Shown in pieces: positions 63,608-64,000 of a stretch of 64,000 nucleotides of DNA; position 1 is the first letter of the stretch, and every line of letters starts with the position of its first letter. A model generated the notes under the pieces. The model did no database searches. It was given only the letters and a program-made list of their open reading frames with translations, and was not told the origin of the DNA. This DNA is from Parcubacteria group bacterium. Its GTDB lineage: Bacteria; Patescibacteriota; Minisyncoccia; Phycocordibacterales; UBA2135. The DNA lies in assembly GCA_016180525.1 (NCBI GenBank), contig JACPBB010000001.1, positions 11,320-75,319 of the forward strand, given 5' to 3'. Both the position numbers and the translations under genes were made by a program.

Positions 63608-64000
63608 TTATTTTTTATCTGACAGGTCTTCAATTATTTGTTCGAGACCTCCCGCGAAAATAGTTTCTATGTTGTGCCAACTTTTTTTAATGCGGTGGTC
63701 GGTAACTCTATCCTGCAGAATATTATATGTCCGTATTTTTTCAGATCTATCCCCCGTGCCAATTTGGTCTTTCCGTTCTTTGGCAAGACTTTTGTTTTCT
63801 TCATCTTCCTTCATTTGCTGCAATTTTGCCGCAAGAACAGAAAGGGCCCGAACTCTATTTTGCTGTTGATTGCGTTCGTTTGTAGAGCGTACGACAATAC
63901 CGCTCGGTTTGTGCAAAATGCGCACCGCGCTTTCAACTTTGTTGACATTTTGCCCCCCAGGACCCCCTCCGCGTGAAAACGCAACTTCAATATCACCTGG
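63608..64000 (-). CDS. peptide chain release factor (class I), C-terminal part; gene continues beyond window end
   Basis: Reverse translation from the window end reads [48 protein letters not shown], including the universal GGQ peptidyl-hydrolysis motif. Confidence 0.8.
   Translation of the reverse strand, partial: PGDIEVAFSRGGGPGGQNVNKVESAVRILHKPSGIVVRSTNERNQQQNRVRALSVLAAKLQQMKEDEENKSLAKERKDQIGTGDRSEKIRTYNILQDRVTDHRIKKSWHNIETIFAGGLEQIIEDLSDKK

Noticed and set aside
1-64000. Search for tRNA, rRNA and tmRNA genes, for example near the cassette edges at 39.5 and 43.8 kb.
   Set aside because: No segment showed the acceptor-stem/T-loop (GTTCRANYC) pattern or rRNA-like conserved blocks. The cassette therefore does not appear to be tRNA-integrated.

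Overview
This is a 64-kb window from a low-GC (~35-38% GC), gene-dense bacterial genome. Its organisation looks like a reduced CPR/Patescibacteria-type genome, but that is an inference from gene content and AT-rich intergenic architecture, not a database result.

Conserved core genes make up most of the window:
- cysS, a CorA-like transporter and an S41 C-terminal protease (ctpA-like).
- rplI, rpmA, gltX, then murG-ftsW-mraY of the dcw cluster.
- An S11 D-Ala-D-Ala carboxypeptidase, scpB-scpA, aspS and trpS.
- dnaJ-dnaK-grpE.
- A ribosomal/RNA polymerase string: rpsI-rplM-rplQ-rpoA-rpsD-rpsK-rpsM-rpmJ-infA.
- A partial release factor gene runs off the 3' end of the window.

The most unusual content is the following:
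1. A ~4-kb GC-rich (55-65% GC, AAG/GCC codons) three-gene cassette at 39.7-43.7 kb, sitting between mraY and the PBP-like gene. It encodes a beta-CASP metallo-beta-lactamase nuclease, a 211-aa unknown protein, and a 566-aa unknown protein with a histone-H1-like AKKGKAKAKK tail.
2. An expanded family of eight secreted Cys/His-rich paralogs at 3.4-5.7 kb and 12.3-19.9 kb, with a recurring CxHGxGHG motif. Three members carry an N-terminal Cys-less cupredoxin-like domain.
3. A tandem family of small secreted proteins at 10.5-12.3 kb, showing identical nucleotide blocks, an internal deletion and a frameshifted third copy.
4. At least 12 intergenic palindromic elements built from 7-nt periodic units (ctaggc/tttaggc vs cctagtg/cctagcg). 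They place stop codons in all six frames and sit between co-directional genes.
5. A duplicated ~130-nt structured element (57.26 kb and 60.45 kb) with a compensatory stem change, plus a related motif-rich convergent intergenic region at 27.3-27.6 kb.

Smaller calls include a DUF4258/DUF2283-like toxin-antitoxin pair, a PaaK-like adenylate-forming enzyme next to a GNAT acetyltransferase, an unannotated rpmJ, and a 49-aa membrane ORF divergent from grpE.

No CRISPR array, rRNA gene or convincing tRNA gene was found.
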